This document shows positions 35,937 to 45,799 of a DNA stretch of 64,000 bases, piece by piece. Position 1 is the stretch's first letter, and every line of letters begins with the position of its first letter. The position numbers were made by a program, and so were the translations under genes. The notes below the pieces were generated by a model that made no database searches, was not told where the DNA came from, and saw only the letters and a list, made by a program, of their open reading frames with translations. Source of the stretch: Sphingomonas palustris (GTDB lineage Bacteria > Pseudomonadota > Alphaproteobacteria > Sphingomonadales > Sphingomonadaceae); contig JAMFSI010000039.1 of NCBI GenBank assembly GCA_026225215.1, positions 8,897 to 72,896 on the forward strand, in the 5' to 3' direction.

Positions 35937-37604
35937 GTGGATCGCATCGTTTCCGCCCGGGTACGCGCTCAGCGCTGGTACACGCGCTTTCCGCGAGCCG
36001 TGCCCATGGCGATCTTCCTGCTGGTGCTGACGATCGCCGGGTTCAGCGTCTATGGCATCGAGCGTGTGGAGGCCGATCGTCTGCGGCAGCAATTGCACGC
36101 GGTGGCGGTAGGCGTGGGTGCGGCCCTGGAGCGCCGGGCGGTCTCGCATGTCACTTATCTGCGGGCGGGGGCGATGTTGTTATCCGCTTCGCCGCGCTTG
36201 AACGCCCAGGAATATCACGAACTCTCTGCCAGCATGGCCGATGATGACGAAAACCACGGGATCGCCGGAATCACCTGGGCGCCCCAGATTGCGATTAGCG
36301 ACATTGCGGCATTCGTAGCCGCGCGCCGGGCCGAGGGCCTGACCGGATATAGCGTCTATCCGCTACCCGCTGAGCACGGCGATTTCGTCGTGCCAGTGAC
36401 GTATACCAGCAACACCGGCGTCGGGCCGAACGTGGCGCTGGGGTTCGACATGGCCTCGGAGCCGCAACGGCGGGCCGCCATGCTCCAATCCGTGCGCGAT
36501 CGCCGGCCCACTGCCAGCGGCCGGGTGACATTGATCCGGCACGGCCCCGGCACGAATGGGTCAGGTTTCGTGATTTATATGCCGGTCTATTCGCGCGCGA
36601 TAAATGGCGGCCGGCTGATCGGCTTTGTCTGTACGTCGTTCAATGCCCAGGCCTTTCTCGATGCCGCGCTGGCGACGGTGCCGACGCGCGGATTTGGCGT
36701 TCATCTCTATGACGCCAGTGCAGGGGCCAACCTCGGGCCCGATCGGCTGATGGCCGATGTTCCGGGGCCGCGCGATCCCGATATCACCTTCTCGCAATCG
36801 TTGAAGATCGCCAATCGGCCGCTGGTGCTGGTGATCGATGCGCGGGGGCGCGGGACGCTTTCCCCGCTGTCGGCGCTGACCTTGCTGTTCGCGCTGTTAG
36901 TCGCAGTGTTGCTGACGGTGCTGGCGCGCGTCGTCACCCGCCATGCCGAGGAGGATCGCGCTTCGCTCGATTGGCTGGAGGAGCAGGTGTCGATCCGCAA
37001 TACGCTGACCCGCGAACTCAACCATCGCGTCAAGAATACGCTGGCCAATGTGTTGTCGATCATTGCCCTGACCCGGCGTCGGGCGACCCGGCTGGACGAA
37101 TTCGCCGACAGCCTGACCGGACGGATCATGGCGCTGTCGGCCACCCATGATGTGCTCACCGGGCTGGGTTGGGGCCCTGCGCCACTGCGCGCGGCGATCG
37201 CGGCCGAGCTGGCGCCTTATACCGAGGGGCGCGATCATGTGATCAGCGTCAGCGGGCCCGAGGTTGCGCTGGCGCCCAATGATGCGCTGTCGCTCGGCCT
37301 CGCGGTGCACGAACTGGCCACCAATGCGAGCAAATATGGCGCCCTCAGCGTGCTATCGGGGCAAGTGGACGTCAGCTGGAACCTGATGACGCCGGAACTG
37401 GCGCAAGTGGTCTGGCAAGAGCGCGGCGGACCACCGGTGGCGAGCGAGCGCCGCCGGGGCTTCGGCACCGACCTCATCGAGAAGATCGTCGCCCATGAGC
37501 TGGGCAACGGCGTGGACTTGCGCTTCGATCCGGCCGGGGTGCGCTGTATGCTGATTGTGCCGGTGCGCTTGCCCGCCACGTTTCGGATCAGGGCGCCGAA
37601 GTAA
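35937..37604 (+). CDS. CHASE-domain HWE histidine kinase (GSR-linked)
   Basis: Two TM segments around CHASE (ALGFDMASEPQRRAAM); ELNHRVKN, HELATNASKYGAL, WQERGGP; GTG start 35937 after AAGGA. Confidence 0.9.
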   Translation: MDRIVSARVRAQRWYTRFPRAVPMAIFLLVLTIAGFSVYGIERVEADRLRQQLHAVAVGVGAALERRAVSHVTYLRAGAMLLSASPRLNAQEYHELSASMADDDENHGIAGITWAPQIAISDIAAFVAARRAEGLTGYSVYPLPAEHGDFVVPVTYTSNTGVGPNVALGFDMASEPQRRAAMLQSVRDRRPTASGRVTLIRHGPGTNGSGFVIYMPVYSRAINGGRLIGFVCTSFNAQAFLDAALATVPTRGFGVHLYDASAGANLGPDRLMADVPGPRDPDITFSQSLKIANRPLVLVIDARGRGTLSPLSALTLLFALLVAVLLTVLARVVTRHAEEDRASLDWLEEQVSIRNTLTRELNHRVKNTLANVLSIIALTRRRATRLDEFADSLTGRIMALSATHDVLTGLGWGPAPLRAAIAAELAPYTEGRDHVISVSGPEVALAPNDALSLGLAVHELATNASKYGALSVLSGQVDVSWNLMTPELAQVVWQERGGPPVASERRRGFGTDLIEKIVAHELGNGVDLRFDPAGVRCMLIVPVRLPATFRIRAPK

Positions 37605-37643
37605 AGAGGCCAGTCTGCGCCGAGGTGCAACGATGGAAACTAC

Positions 37644-37734
37644 CCCGTCCGTGCTGAGCCTGTCGAAGCACTGCCTTGTTCTTCTGGCAATCTCGAAAGG
37701 AAAGGCAGTCCTTCGACGGGCTCAGGAAGGACGG
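37644..37734. repeat. REP-like palindrome, type CCCGTCC..GAGCTTGTCGAAGC (copy 3 of 3, diverged)
   Basis: CTGAGCCTGTCGAAGCA / CCTTCGACGGGCTCAG; between convergent genes. Confidence 0.88.
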
Positions 37735-37759
37735 AAGAGGGTGCCTGGTTTATGGCTCG

Positions 37760-38746
37760 TCAATCAACCCTCGGCATCTGTTGACTGGCGCAGTGAAAGC
37801 CACCACCGCCTGCCAGCACCGCATCGGCAGGCAGGCCGATGCAATCGCGGCCGGGAAACAGCGCCGCCACCGCAGCCACGCCGTCGGCATCATGCGGTGA
37901 TCCGAACACGGGCACGACCACCAGGCGCGTTGTGATGGTGAAATTCATATAGCTGGCGGGTTCGACCCTGCCGTCGCGTTCGATCCGGCCAGGCGAGGGC
38001 ACTTCGCGCACAGTCACACCCATGGCTTCTGCGCGCGCCTTGGCATCGGCGTAGATCGCGGCATTGGGATCGTCGTTTCCAGTGGCGCGCGGCAATGCCA
38101 GTACCCCGGGGGTCACGAAGCGCGCAAGATTGTCGACATGGCCATCGGTATGGTCGTTGACTAGCCCATCGCCCAGCCACAGCACGCGGGTGAAGCCGAG
38201 ATCGCGCGCCAGTCGGGCCTCGATATCGGTGCGTGACAGCCCCCGATTGCGGTTAGGGTTGAGCAGGCATTGCTCGGTAGTGGCCACCAGGCCGCTGCCG
38301 TCGCCATCGATCGCGCCGCCTTCGAGAATCCAGTCGCAGGTCGCGACCGTCAGCCCGGCATCGCTCGCCAATTCGGCGCCGATGGTTTCATCGCCGGCCA
38401 TCTCGTATTTGCCGCCCCAGCCATTGAAGCCGAAGCGCTGCGCCATACGCTGGCCGGCACTGTCCAACAGCACCAGCGGGCCGGTGTCGCGCAGCCAGAT
38501 ATCGCCGTAAGCGCGCTGCTCCAGTTTGACCCGCGACGATACCAGTTGGCGCGCGCGCGCCGCGTTGGCCTCATCGCGCACGAGCAGCCGCACCTCCTGC
38601 CCGCTCTCCGCGACGGCGCTGGCAAAGCCGGCAATCTGCTTTTGCGCTTCGCCGAGAAACCCCGGCCATTCATCGAGATCGTGGGGAAAACCGATCCACA
38701 GCCATTCCTGCGGATGCCACTCGGGCGGGAAGTGAAGCGAGGTCAT
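37760..38746 (-). CDS. aguA: agmatine deiminase family protein
   Basis: DIWLRDTGP, FNGWGGKY, LEGGAIDGDG, DHTDGHVDNLARF, GGGFHCASQQ. Confidence 0.92.
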   Translation of the reverse strand: MTSLHFPPEWHPQEWLWIGFPHDLDEWPGFLGEAQKQIAGFASAVAESGQEVRLLVRDEANAARARQLVSSRVKLEQRAYGDIWLRDTGPLVLLDSAGQRMAQRFGFNGWGGKYEMAGDETIGAELASDAGLTVATCDWILEGGAIDGDGSGLVATTEQCLLNPNRNRGLSRTDIEARLARDLGFTRVLWLGDGLVNDHTDGHVDNLARFVTPGVLALPRATGNDDPNAAIYADAKARAEAMGVTVREVPSPGRIERDGRVEPASYMNFTITTRLVVVPVFGSPHDADGVAAVAALFPGRDCIGLPADAVLAGGGGFHCASQQMPRVD

Positions 38747-38839
38747 GGCGGCGCCATAGCTGCGCGCGGCTCTTGCGGGAAGCCACGGCGCGCGTCACAA
38801 AGTTGCGATGACCATGCTTTTTGCAAACGAGCCCAGGCG

Positions 38840-41605
38840 TTGACCGGCACGGCCACGAGCGCACCCGATTGGCGCGGTGCCCTGGCGCGCGCCGAAGCGC
38901 ACGCGCCGTTCCTGGAGCGAGCGATGCGGCGACAGCCGGAACTGGTCGATTTGCTGGCGGCGGGTGAGGGCGAGGCCGCGCTTGACTGGGCCAGGGCGCT
39001 GGGACCGAACCTGGCTGGCGACGCAACGCTTGGCGTCGGGGTGGCCTTGCGCCGCGAGCGCCTGGCTTATGCGCTGGCGCTGGCGGTGGGCGATCTGGCC
39101 GGGGCGTTTCCGCTGACGCGGGTGATGGCGGAATTATCCGCGCTGGCGGACCGCGCGCTGGATGCCGCGATCACCGATGCGATCCGTCGCCGCACGCCCG
39201 ATGCGGATGTCGATGCGCGGAGCAGCGGCTTCATCGCGCTGGCGCTGGGCAAGCATGGTGCGCAGGAGCTGAATTACAGCTCCGACATCGACCCTATCCT
39301 GTTGTACGATCCGCAGGTTCTGCCGCGCCGCAGCCGTGACGATCCGGGCGAAGCTGCGCAAGCGCTGGCGCGGCATGTCGTGCAGACGTTGTCGCATGTC
39401 GATGCGGAGGGCTACGTCTTTCGCGTCGATCTGCGCTTGCGCCCGGCTTCCGAAGTGAGTCCGCTGGCGATCCCGGTTGAGGCGGCGCTCAGCCATTATG
39501 AATCCTCGGCGCTGGCGTGGGAGCGTGCGGCGTTCATTCGCGCCCGCGCTGCTGCTGGCGACGTGGCAGCGGGAAGCGGTTTCCTGGCCGCGATCCGACC
39601 GTTCGTGTGGCGCAAAAGTCTCGATTTCGGGGCGATTGCCGAAATCGGCCGGCTGACCCGCCGCATCCGCGCCACCCATGGCAAGGTCGAGCGGCCCGGC
39701 CCCGGCTTCGATCTCAAGCGCGGGCGCGGCGGCATTCGCGAGATCGAATTCTTCGCCCAGACTCACCAGTTGATCCACGGCGGTCGCCACCCCGAACTGC
39801 GCTTGCGCGGCACTCGCGCCAGCCTCGATGCGCTGGCGGCGGGCGGCTTTATCGCGAGCGAAGACGCGCAGCTGCTGGGGCGTGCCTATGACCGGCTGCG
39901 CGTCGTCGAGCACCGTCTGCAGATGGTGGAAGATTTCCAGACGCATATCTTGCCGCAGCGCCCTGAAGCGCTGGACGAGGTGGCGCGGCTCGATGGGCTG
40001 CCCGATGGCGCGGCGCTGGTCGCCGAACTGAGCGAGATCACCGGCGCGGTCGGCGATCGCTATGACCTGCTGATCGCCGCCGACGCGCAGCGATCCGTAT
40101 CCGTGCTGGGCCTCGATGCGAAGCCGGCCCCCCACGGCGGCGAACTGGCGGAGCAATTGCGCGAGCTGGGCTTTGCCGACCCGCCGGCGCTGGCCACGCG
40201 CATCGACGGCTGGCGCGGCGGCGCGGTGCGGGCGCTGCGCAGCGATGCCGCGATTGCGGCGCTCGACGCGATTCAGCCGAGCCTGCTGGCGGCGCTGGGC
40301 CGCGCTGCGGATCCCGATCGCGCCTTGACCCGCTGGGAGCAGATGATCGAACAACTGCCCAGCGCGGTGAACCTGTTCCGCTTGCTGCAGGCGAGGCCGG
40401 CGTTGCTGGCGCTGCTGGTGCGGATATTATCGCTGGCGCCGCCGCTCGCCGATGCGCTGGCCCGGCGCGGCGATCTGCTTGATGCGCTGATCGACGCCAG
40501 TGCCTTCGATCTCCCCGGTGATGTGCCGAGGCTGGCCGCAGAACTGGCGCGGGGCGAGGTTGATGACGATTACCAGCATCTGCTCGACCGGGTGCGACGG
40601 CGGGTTACCGAGAAGCGTTTCGCGCTTGGGGTGCAACTGATCGAGGCGGCGCATGATCCGCTGGCGATTTCCGCTGGCCTGTCGCGGATAGCAGAAGCCG
40701 CGATCGAAGTGCTGGCGGCCGGGGCGGTGGCGGAATTTGCCGAGGCGCATGGGCGGGTGCCCGGCTCCGAACTGGTGTTGCTCGGGCTGGGCCGGCTCGG
40801 CGGCGGCGCTCTGACTCCCGCCTCCGATCTCGATATCGTCTTTCTGTTCACCGGCGATCATGCCGGCGAATCGGACGGGCGCCGCCCGCTCGGGGCGACC
40901 CAATATTTTAACCGCTTGGCTCAGCGGATCACCGGTGCGCTCAGCGTGCCCACTGCCGAGGGCGCGCTCTACGAGGTCGATACGCGGCTGCGTCCACAAG
41001 GCGCGCAGGGATTGCTGGCGGTGAATTACGCCAGCTTCGCGCAATATCAGCGCGAGCAGGCCTGGACCTGGGAGCATATGGCGCTGATGCGCGCCCGGCC
41101 GCTATTCGGTTCGGGCGAATCCCGGGCCGGGATCGAGGACATCATCGGCGAGGTGTCGAACACCGCGCGCGATCCGGAAAAATTGCGCCGCGATGTGCTC
41201 GATATGCGCGCCCGCATGGCGGAGCATAAGCATGCCAAGGGCCCGCTCGACGCCAAGCTACTGCGTGGTGGCCTGGTCGATATCGAGTTCATCGTCCATT
41301 ACCTGCAATTGCGCGAAAATGTCGGTCTGACCCCCGATCTCGGCGCGGCGCTGGCGCAATTGGTCGAGGCGGGCTGGTTGGCGCCGGCGATGATCGCGGC
41401 TAATTTTTTCCTCACCCGGTTGCTGATTGCCGCGCGGCTGCTGGCCCCCGATAGCGTCGAACCGCCCGCACCCGCGCGCGCGGCGCTTGCCAAGACTTGC
41501 GGATGCAGCGATTGGAGCGATCTGTTGGAGAACCTCGCCGCCGCGCGCCAGACGGTCAGCGCCGGCTGGGCTTTGGTTTTCGGCGAAATGTTGAAGGTTG
41601 AGTGA
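38840..41605 (+). CDS. glnE: bifunctional glutamine synthetase adenylyltransferase/deadenylase
   Basis: LGKHGAQELNYSSDIDPI, RVDLRLRP, LKRGRGGIREIEF, GRLGGGALTPASDLD, EVDTRLRP; start uncertain (TTG ~38840). Confidence 0.95.
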   Translation: MTGTATSAPDWRGALARAEAHAPFLERAMRRQPELVDLLAAGEGEAALDWARALGPNLAGDATLGVGVALRRERLAYALALAVGDLAGAFPLTRVMAELSALADRALDAAITDAIRRRTPDADVDARSSGFIALALGKHGAQELNYSSDIDPILLYDPQVLPRRSRDDPGEAAQALARHVVQTLSHVDAEGYVFRVDLRLRPASEVSPLAIPVEAALSHYESSALAWERAAFIRARAAAGDVAAGSGFLAAIRPFVWRKSLDFGAIAEIGRLTRRIRATHGKVERPGPGFDLKRGRGGIREIEFFAQTHQLIHGGRHPELRLRGTRASLDALAAGGFIASEDAQLLGRAYDRLRVVEHRLQMVEDFQTHILPQRPEALDEVARLDGLPDGAALVAELSEITGAVGDRYDLLIAADAQRSVSVLGLDAKPAPHGGELAEQLRELGFADPPALATRIDGWRGGAVRALRSDAAIAALDAIQPSLLAALGRAADPDRALTRWEQMIEQLPSAVNLFRLLQARPALLALLVRILSLAPPLADALARRGDLLDALIDASAFDLPGDVPRLAAELARGEVDDDYQHLLDRVRRRVTEKRFALGVQLIEAAHDPLAISAGLSRIAEAAIEVLAAGAVAEFAEAHGRVPGSELVLLGLGRLGGGALTPASDLDIVFLFTGDHAGESDGRRPLGATQYFNRLAQRITGALSVPTAEGALYEVDTRLRPQGAQGLLAVNYASFAQYQREQAWTWEHMALMRARPLFGSGESRAGIEDIIGEVSNTARDPEKLRRDVLDMRARMAEHKHAKGPLDAKLLRGGLVDIEFIVHYLQLRENVGLTPDLGAALAQLVEAGWLAPAMIAANFFLTRLLIAARLLAPDSVEPPAPARAALAKTCGCSDWSDLLENLAAARQTVSAGWALVFGEMLKVE

Positions 41606-41620
41606 TGGGGAGCTTGAATA

Positions 41621-42097
41621 ATGGCAAATAGCCTACCGGACATCGGAGATCCTATCCCGGATATCGCCTTGACGGCTACCGACGGCAGCCCGATCCGTCC
41701 GGCGGATTTCGGCGGAGGCAAGCTGGTGATCTTCTTCTACCCCAAGGACGATACGCCGGGTTGCACCGTCGAGAATCAGGATTTTTCCGCGCTCGCGCCG
41801 GAGTTCGCCAGCGCCGGCGTGGCGGTATTGGGAGTGAGCAAGGATCCGCCGGCGCGGCATCGGAAGTTCATCGCCAAATATGGGCTGGCGGTGCAACTGG
41901 CCAGCGACGCAGCGGAAGGCGGGCTCTCCGACGCGCTGGGGTTCTGGGCGGAAAAGCTCAATTACGGGCGCGCTTACATGGGGATGGTGCGCAGCACAGT
42001 GCTGGTCGATGCCGAGGGCCGGATTGCGCGGGTATGGCGCAAGGTGAAGGTCAAGGGCCATGCCGCCGAGGTGCTCGCGGCAGCCCAGGGAGCTTGA
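41621..42097 (+). CDS. bcp: peroxiredoxin BCP
   Basis: FFYPKDDTPGCT, RSTVLVD.EG, VKVKGHA. Confidence 0.93.
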   Translation: MANSLPDIGDPIPDIALTATDGSPIRPADFGGGKLVIFFYPKDDTPGCTVENQDFSALAPEFASAGVAVLGVSKDPPARHRKFIAKYGLAVQLASDAAEGGLSDALGFWAEKLNYGRAYMGMVRSTVLVDAEGRIARVWRKVKVKGHAAEVLAAAQGA

Positions 42098-42888
42098 ACC
42101 GGATCAGCGTTTCCTTCGCAATCCGCGCCGCATTGTTGACGCGCGATCCGCGCGAGCGGGTGATGGCAACGCGCCGGGTCGCACGCGATTGGCGTGGGCA
42201 GCGGCTGGCCTTTGCGTTTGACGCGGCGATGCCCGATAGCCCGGCACGCCCGGCGGTGCCCGAACTACTCTCCCCCAATCGCATGCCCCGGCGCGGGCGC
42301 GGCTTTTCCGAGCGCAGCCGGATCGCGCTGTGGCATTCGCTGGCGCATATCGAATTCGTGGCGATCGATCTGGCGCTGGACATGGCCGGACGCTTTGGCG
42401 CGGAGATGGGCGAGGGCTTTGTCCGCGATTTTCTCGACATCGCCGCAGAGGAGGCGCTGCATTTCGCGCTGATCGACCGGCATTTACGAACTATGGGCAG
42501 CTTTTATGGCGCGCTGCCGGCGCATGACGGGCTGTGGGAAGCCGCCGAGGAAACGCGTCATGACGTCGCCGCGCGGCTGGCGGTGGTGCCGATGGTGTTG
42601 GAAGCGCGCGGGCTGGATGTGACGCCGCCGATGCTGGTGCGGGTCGAAGCCTCGGGCGACACGCGCGGCGCGCGAATCCTGAAACGCATCCTTGACGACG
42701 AAATTCGCCACGTCCGCATCGGTGCAAAGCACTTTTCTACGTGCTGCGAAAGAATCGGTAAAACCGCCGAGACGCATTGGAAAACTTTACTGTCGCTGCA
42801 TTTTCGTGGCGCGTTGAAGCCGCCATTCAACGACTCAGCGCGTGAGGCAGCCGGTTTGCCGCGCCATTGGTATGCGACACTTGCCTAG
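42094..42888 (+). CDS. DUF455 ferritin-like protein
   Basis: HSLAHIEFVAIDL, EEALHF, VLEARGLD, DEIRHV; TTG start overlapping the bcp stop. Confidence 0.88.
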   Translation: MNRISVSFAIRAALLTRDPRERVMATRRVARDWRGQRLAFAFDAAMPDSPARPAVPELLSPNRMPRRGRGFSERSRIALWHSLAHIEFVAIDLALDMAGRFGAEMGEGFVRDFLDIAAEEALHFALIDRHLRTMGSFYGALPAHDGLWEAAEETRHDVAARLAVVPMVLEARGLDVTPPMLVRVEASGDTRGARILKRILDDEIRHVRIGAKHFSTCCERIGKTAETHWKTLLSLHFRGALKPPFNDSAREAAGLPRHWYATLA

Positions 42889-42984
42889 CAGAATGTAAAC
42901 TGCCTAACACAAACCCAGAGACGGGCGGGGGGTTCCGACCATCTCAGAATTTTAACGCTGGGCGGTGTATAGCTGCACTAAGCG

Positions 42985-43797
42985 ATGGTCGTTTACGGCT
43001 CCGGACTTCGCCTCAGGGTGGAAGCGGATGTCAGGATTAAGGTGGTTTGCGTGTTCGTATCGAAGTTTGAGCTAAATACTCGCTTGCCGATCGGCGCTTT
43101 CGCGGCAGGTTTGGCGATTATAACTTCCAGCCTGGCAACGCCCGCTTTCGCTAATAGTTCCAGCGCCGACATTGCTGCCCCGCTCCGCGCCGCGCAGAGC
43201 GCCAAACAATCCGCGCTCGGCAGTGGCGATGCTGAATTCCGCCAACTATTCACCTCGTGGCGCTCGCTCGACCAGGGCGGCGCTTTCGTCGCCCATACCA
43301 ACAACGCCATAAGCAATGGTTCCATTCCCTCGCTGATTCCGGTCCAAAATCCACGTTTCACCAGCGGTTTCGGGATGCGCTGGCACCCGGTTCTCGGTGG
43401 TCGCCATCAGCACAAGGGTATCGATCTCGCCGACCCCATCGGCACGCCGGTTCACGCCTCGGGTGACGGCGTCGTCGGTCGCGCCGACTGGTTCAGCAGC
43501 TACGGTCTCTATGTCCAGATCGAACATGGCGGCCAGATCGAAACCCGCTACGGCCACATGTCGCGGCTTAACGTCGCCGCGGGCCAGTTCGTCCATCGCG
43601 GCGACGTGATCGGCTACATCGGCACCACCGGCCGCTCGACCGGCCCCCATCTCCATTACGAAGTGCGCGTGAACGGCGAGGCCGTGAACCCGATCCCCTA
43701 TATGCAAGGTGCCGGCAGTGCAGAACTCGCTCGCGCTGCCGCCTCGGCGAATAGCGGTTCGGGCGACACTGCCGTTGCCGAAGCTGGCGACGAATAG
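42985..43797 (+). CDS. M23-family metallopeptidase
   Basis: HKGID (HxxxD), YGHMS, STGPHLHYEV; N-terminal signal-like segment; start uncertain. Confidence 0.92.
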   Translation: MVVYGSGLRLRVEADVRIKVVCVFVSKFELNTRLPIGAFAAGLAIITSSLATPAFANSSSADIAAPLRAAQSAKQSALGSGDAEFRQLFTSWRSLDQGGAFVAHTNNAISNGSIPSLIPVQNPRFTSGFGMRWHPVLGGRHQHKGIDLADPIGTPVHASGDGVVGRADWFSSYGLYVQIEHGGQIETRYGHMSRLNVAAGQFVHRGDVIGYIGTTGRSTGPHLHYEVRVNGEAVNPIPYMQGAGSAELARAAASANSGSGDTAVAEAGDE

Positions 43798-43877
43798 ACG
43801 TCACATTACAAGATTAAATGGGCCTGAATAACGAACACTAACGTTCGAGGGCCAGCCATCCAGGAGAGGATGCGGGA

Positions 43878-43905
43878 AAGGCGGCAGGCTACTGCCGCCT
43901 TTTTC
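43878..43905 (+). terminator. Rho-independent terminator
   Basis: AAGGCGGCAG-gcta-CTGCCGCCTT followed by a T run. Confidence 0.85.
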
Positions 43906-44016
43906 CGTTATTCGGTTGGCAATTATGCCGGACTTGACTGGCAGCATAAAGATAGTGCATGCGATTGGCCGACAGGCCGGCGCGAACGGTGGTGAGTGAT
44001 GCTTGCCACCCGGGCG

Positions 44017-44865
44017 TCATTTCTCGCCGCAGTTTTCATAATCATCGCCGCCGGTATCTACCCGCACGAACCGGCCTTCGCTGGGGAGGTACCGCCGAGC
44101 AAAGTAGCAACCGTGCGGGTCTCCGAGAGGAGACTCATAAGTAACGTGCCCAACAACATAGAGTGTTTCCCTGTTCGCGTTGGCAGGGACGTCTATCGAA
44201 AAACTCCATCGCGCGTCCCGCCCCCGGCTTATGCTCTTAGCAATCCCGCCAAGAGTATACGGCGGATAGGGGCTGTAATATCGAAGTTCGTTGCGCTCCG
44301 GATCACCCCATGCGGGGTTAATCATCGTGAGAGGCGACCAGACTACTTGGATATTGCTCCCAGTTATTTTAGCAATCGACTGCCCACCGTTGGCGATATT
44401 AGCCGATCCTTCAAAATGCGCCCCGGGCACGAGCTTAGGAATCCGGTCGTGGGGGTTCAGGGGGGAGCCACCGCGCTCCCAGAAGTGCAGGCCATTGAGC
44501 GCGAGTTTTGGAGGGAACGCTATATCGTGATCCTCGTCAGCTTGCCTTTTGGCGACCCTAAGCTGTTCCTGCATGGATTTCAGTTGGCAGAAGAATATGA
44601 CCCCTACAAAAATCGCGACGAAGAGAGCAAATACGTCGAGCCAAAAACGCATTCTCTCCCAAAAATCCTTGTCATTTGCCTTGCTCTGTTCGCGTTCTGC
44701 CTTGGCTTGGGCGCGGCGATCTATGGCATTAAGCGCGGAGACTATCTCTCGCCTTTGCTCATCCTTGTATGTTTCCCCATTTGCTGGCTCGGCCTGTCCC
44801 TCATTGTTAGCGATGCTTGCCCACCATTTCTTGACCGTCTCTATTCGGCCTTGCCCGTATGTCAC
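44017..44865 (-). CDS. IS passenger protein, single TM helix plus soluble domain, unknown function
   Basis: Open frame downstream of the transposase; TM FWLDVFALFVAIFVGVIFF; C-terminal YVVGHVTYESPLGDPHGCYF; start uncertain (GTG 44865). Confidence 0.65.
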   Translation of the reverse strand: MTYGQGRIETVKKWWASIANNEGQAEPANGETYKDEQRREIVSALNAIDRRAQAKAEREQSKANDKDFWERMRFWLDVFALFVAIFVGVIFFCQLKSMQEQLRVAKRQADEDHDIAFPPKLALNGLHFWERGGSPLNPHDRIPKLVPGAHFEGSANIANGGQSIAKITGSNIQVVWSPLTMINPAWGDPERNELRYYSPYPPYTLGGIAKSISRGRDARWSFSIDVPANANRETLYVVGHVTYESPLGDPHGCYFARRYLPSEGRFVRVDTGGDDYENCGEK

Positions 44866-44890
44866 TACGAGGCGGAAAATGGCTGGTGAA

Positions 44891-45799
44891 CTAGCAGGCA
44901 CTAATCGCCGCCCCAAAGATGTTGTCGTTGTTCTGGTTGTTATACCGAAATTGAAACTCGGCAACGTAGAGGGGCAGGTATTTGGCGCTGACCTTGTGAA
45001 AGGTCCCGACGACGCCGCGCTTCACGAGGCTCCAGAAGCCCTCAATCGTCTGGGTATGGATCGCGCCGACGACGTACTGGCCCTTGGAGTGGTCAACGGA
45101 GCGATGGATATAGCGGCCAGCCAAGGCGTTGTAGCCGGGGTACTGGTCGGTGCAGATCAGCGAGACGTGATCGCTCACGGCCTCACGCACGAAGGCCCCC
45201 AGCGCTTCCGTGGTGGCCTTGTCCAGCACCAGCGCCACGACGCTTCCGCCGCGCTCCACGGCCGCAACGATCATGGTTTTGCCGGGAGTGCCGCGACCGC
45301 CCTTGTGGGCTTGGCGGCGCACCGAGACGTGTTTGTTCTTCCACGAGCCGCCCACGTAAGTCTCATCGATTTCCACGATGCCCATGAGCTTGCGGAAGTT
45401 CTCGTCGGCCAGCCCGGCGCGGACCCGGTGGCACATGTACCAAGCCGTGCGGTAAGAGCCGAAACCCATGACGCGCTGCACTTGGAGCGCGGAGACGCCC
45501 TTTTTGCTCGTCAGCATCATGTGAATGACGTGGAACCATTCGCGCAGACCTTTATTCGTGTTTTCGAAGATGGTTCCAGCGATGACAGAGAACCGATAGC
45601 CGCTGTCGGGCGCGCAGGAATAGCATTGCCACTTGTAGGCCATGGTCTTTACCGAGAAGACCTTCTCCGTTTCACCGCAACGCGGGCAGACGATTACGCC
45701 ATGCGGCCAGCGGTGAGCGATCAGATAGTCAGCGCAATCTTCGTCGGTGACGAAGGCCAGCTCAAACTCGGGGATGGTCATTTGATGGATGCGAGCCAT
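44891..45799 (-). CDS. IS1595-family DDE transposase
   Basis: Zn ribbon CPRC...CYSC; EIDETYVGG, TDQYPGY, IEGFWSLVKR, EFQFRYN. Confidence 0.96.
   Translation of the reverse strand: MARIHQMTIPEFELAFVTDEDCADYLIAHRWPHGVIVCPRCGETEKVFSVKTMAYKWQCYSCAPDSGYRFSVIAGTIFENTNKGLREWFHVIHMMLTSKKGVSALQVQRVMGFGSYRTAWYMCHRVRAGLADENFRKLMGIVEIDETYVGGSWKNKHVSVRRQAHKGGRGTPGKTMIVAAVERGGSVVALVLDKATTEALGAFVREAVSDHVSLICTDQYPGYNALAGRYIHRSVDHSKGQYVVGAIHTQTIEGFWSLVKRGVVGTFHKVSAKYLPLYVAEFQFRYNNQNNDNIFGAAISAC

Noticed and set aside
38270-38839. N-terminal extension of glnE, and similar extensions on thiD, galU, cheR, holA and several SDRs in the ORF track
   Set aside because: They overlap neighbouring genes or promoters and lack family similarity; later starts were used
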